A stretch of 64,000 bases of DNA from Chiloscyllium plagiosum. Lineage: Eukaryota. Position 1 is the stretch's first letter. Each line of letters begins with the position of its first letter. Both the position numbers and the translations under genes were made by a program. Of the stretch, positions 62,471 through 64,000 are shown piece by piece. The notes beneath the pieces were generated by a model, which saw nothing but the letters and a program-made list of their open reading frames with translations, had not been told where the DNA came from and did not search any database. The stretch is from NCBI RefSeq assembly GCF_004010195.1, contig NC_057717.1, forward strand, positions 102,793,676-102,857,675, in the 5' to 3' direction.

Positions 62471-62524
62471 GGAATAGATGGTGTAGTTGGTGAAAAAGGC
62501 AGTCTTGGAGACCCCGGCATGATG
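62471..62524 (+). CDS. COL5A3: collagen exon 54 bp: GIDGVVGEKGSLGDPGMM
   Basis: ttttag|GGA...ATG|gtaggt. Confidence 0.93.
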
Positions 62525-62851
62525 GTAGGTGTGTCAGAGTGTCACACTCGTCTTCAGAAATTGCATTATGAGTAATTCTACGGCTCAAACTCTATGCTTC
62601 CGCTCCCCACAACAATGAATGAGAGGTTATGCCTACAACTAGCTCCCAGCCTGAGAAAGAGCAGATCTTAAACATTGTCATTACTTCCTCAAGAGCATGA
62701 GATGGAGCTGTTGCGACAAAGGAAGGGAATTGTGATGTGACAGAGTTTCGAGGTCTTTAATTGGCTACGTTACAAATACGCTCGTTCTTAAAATTGTAAT
62801 TTGACGAGGCCCCAAGACAAACTTAATCCCAAAATGGTCCATTTCCACTTG

Positions 62852-63760
62852 GAGTCATAGAGTCATAATAGACCCTTTGGTCCAACTAGTCCATGTCCAC
62901 CATTATCTCAAACCAAACTAGTCCCAACTGCCTGTGCTTGACTCATGTCCTTCCAAATCTTTTACGTACTTCTCCAAATGTCTTTTAAACACTGTAACTG
63001 TACCTGCGTCCACCACTTTCTCATTCCACACACGAACCACTCTGAGTAAAAAAGTTTCCCCTCATGTCCTTTTTTAAATCTTTGTCCTGTCACCTTAAAA
63101 GTATACCCCCTAGTTTTGAACTCCCCCAGCCTAGGGAAAAGACTCTCGTCATTCACCTTATCTATGCCCCTCATTATTTTATAAACCTCTTTAAGATCAC
63201 CCCTCAACCTCCTACGTTCCAGTGAAAAATGTCCCAGCCTGTCTAGCCTCTCCTTTATGACTCAAACCCTCCACACCCAGGAACATCCTGGTAATTTTTT
63301 TCTGAACCCTCACCAGTTTAATAGTATCTTTCCGATAACAGGGTGACCAGAACTGGTCACAGTACTCCAGAAGTGGCCTCACCAATGTCCTGTGGAACCT
63401 CAACATAACGTCCCAACTCCCATACTCAAAGGACTGAGCAATGAAGGCAAGCATGCTAAACACCCTGTCTTCCTGTGACACAAACTTCAAAGAATTATGT
63501 ACCTGAACCCCAAAGTCTCTTTGTTCTACCCAGTGTCCTACCATTAACAGTATAATTCCTGTCCTTGTTTGCATTCCCAAAATGCAATACCTCGCATTTA
63601 TCAAAATTTAACTCCATCTGCCACTCCTCAGCCCATTGACCCAATTGATCAAAATCTCTTTGTAACTTTAGATGACCTTCTTCACTGTCCATTACACCAA
63701 GTTTGGGGTCATCGGCAAGCTTACCAATAATGTCTGATATTCGCATCCAAATCATTTACA
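62852..63760 (-). mobile_element. CR1/HER1 LINE 3' ~900 bp, frameshifted
   Basis: Minus ORFs: KLADDPKLG..LQRDFDQLGQWAEEWQMELNFDKCEVLHFG; LVRPLLEYCDQFWSP; RGDLKEVYKIMRG; (gagtcata)2 tail. Confidence 0.93.
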
Positions 63761-64000
63761 CAGAGTTTGCAGTGTGGAAGTGTCCTCTCCTGCCTTGGTA
63801 ACCCTATCAAACAGATAGCTATGTTCCGATTGAGTCTGTCATGTCCAGATATCTCTCTCTTCGTAATTACCTGTTCTCATCTACACACGCTCCAAATGTG
63901 GTGTCAATCAGCTTCCTAATCAATCAGCAGCTTTTAGCTCAGTGTCCCATGGTAATGGGGATCACAGTGACAGCATATGCAGTGTGACACACCCTGTCCA

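Larger units (their letters stand above)
1102..62524 (+). other. COL5A3: Partial gene span: clade-B fibrillar collagen (type V/XI), triple-helical COL1 domain, most likely collagen alpha-3(V); extends beyond both window ends
   Basis: 23 GT-AG phase-0 exons give continuous Gly-X-Y. Sizes run 108-54-54-45-54-45-54-54-54-108-90-54-108-108-[54 missing]-54-108-54-54-54-54-108-54-54, the COL5A1/COL5A3/COL11A1/COL11A2 pattern. Residues [11 protein letters not shown]...[22 protein letters not shown] and GHPGP fit alpha-3(V) better than the paralogues, as I recall them. Confidence 0.8.

Overview
Vertebrate genomic DNA, almost certainly from an elasmobranch (shark or ray): it carries about 15 HE1-type tRNA-derived SINEs, CR1/HER1 LINE 3' ends and DeuSINE remnants. 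The whole window lies inside one + strand gene for a clade-B fibrillar collagen, most likely COL5A3. I found 23 phase-0 GT-AG exons of 45/54/90/108 bp encoding 528 aa of uninterrupted Gly-X-Y. One expected 54-bp exon is absent and probably falls in a 500-N scaffold gap. The introns are mostly repeats, including a ~4.9-kb 35-bp satellite and a 37-bp minisatellite. The most interesting signal is a set of short Penelope-like insertions, often fold-back and flanked by 11-16-bp target-site duplications. They belong to at least four sequence families that share a minimal hammerhead-ribozyme layout (CUGANGA-N-stem II-GAAA-NN-UH) with co-varying stem I. Also notable: a candidate poison pseudo-exon created by a tandem duplication of an antisense L1 tail, and a Tigger4/MER46-like MITE. 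Exon coordinates are exact; repeat boundaries are approximate. Family names come from my recall of consensus sequences, not from searches.
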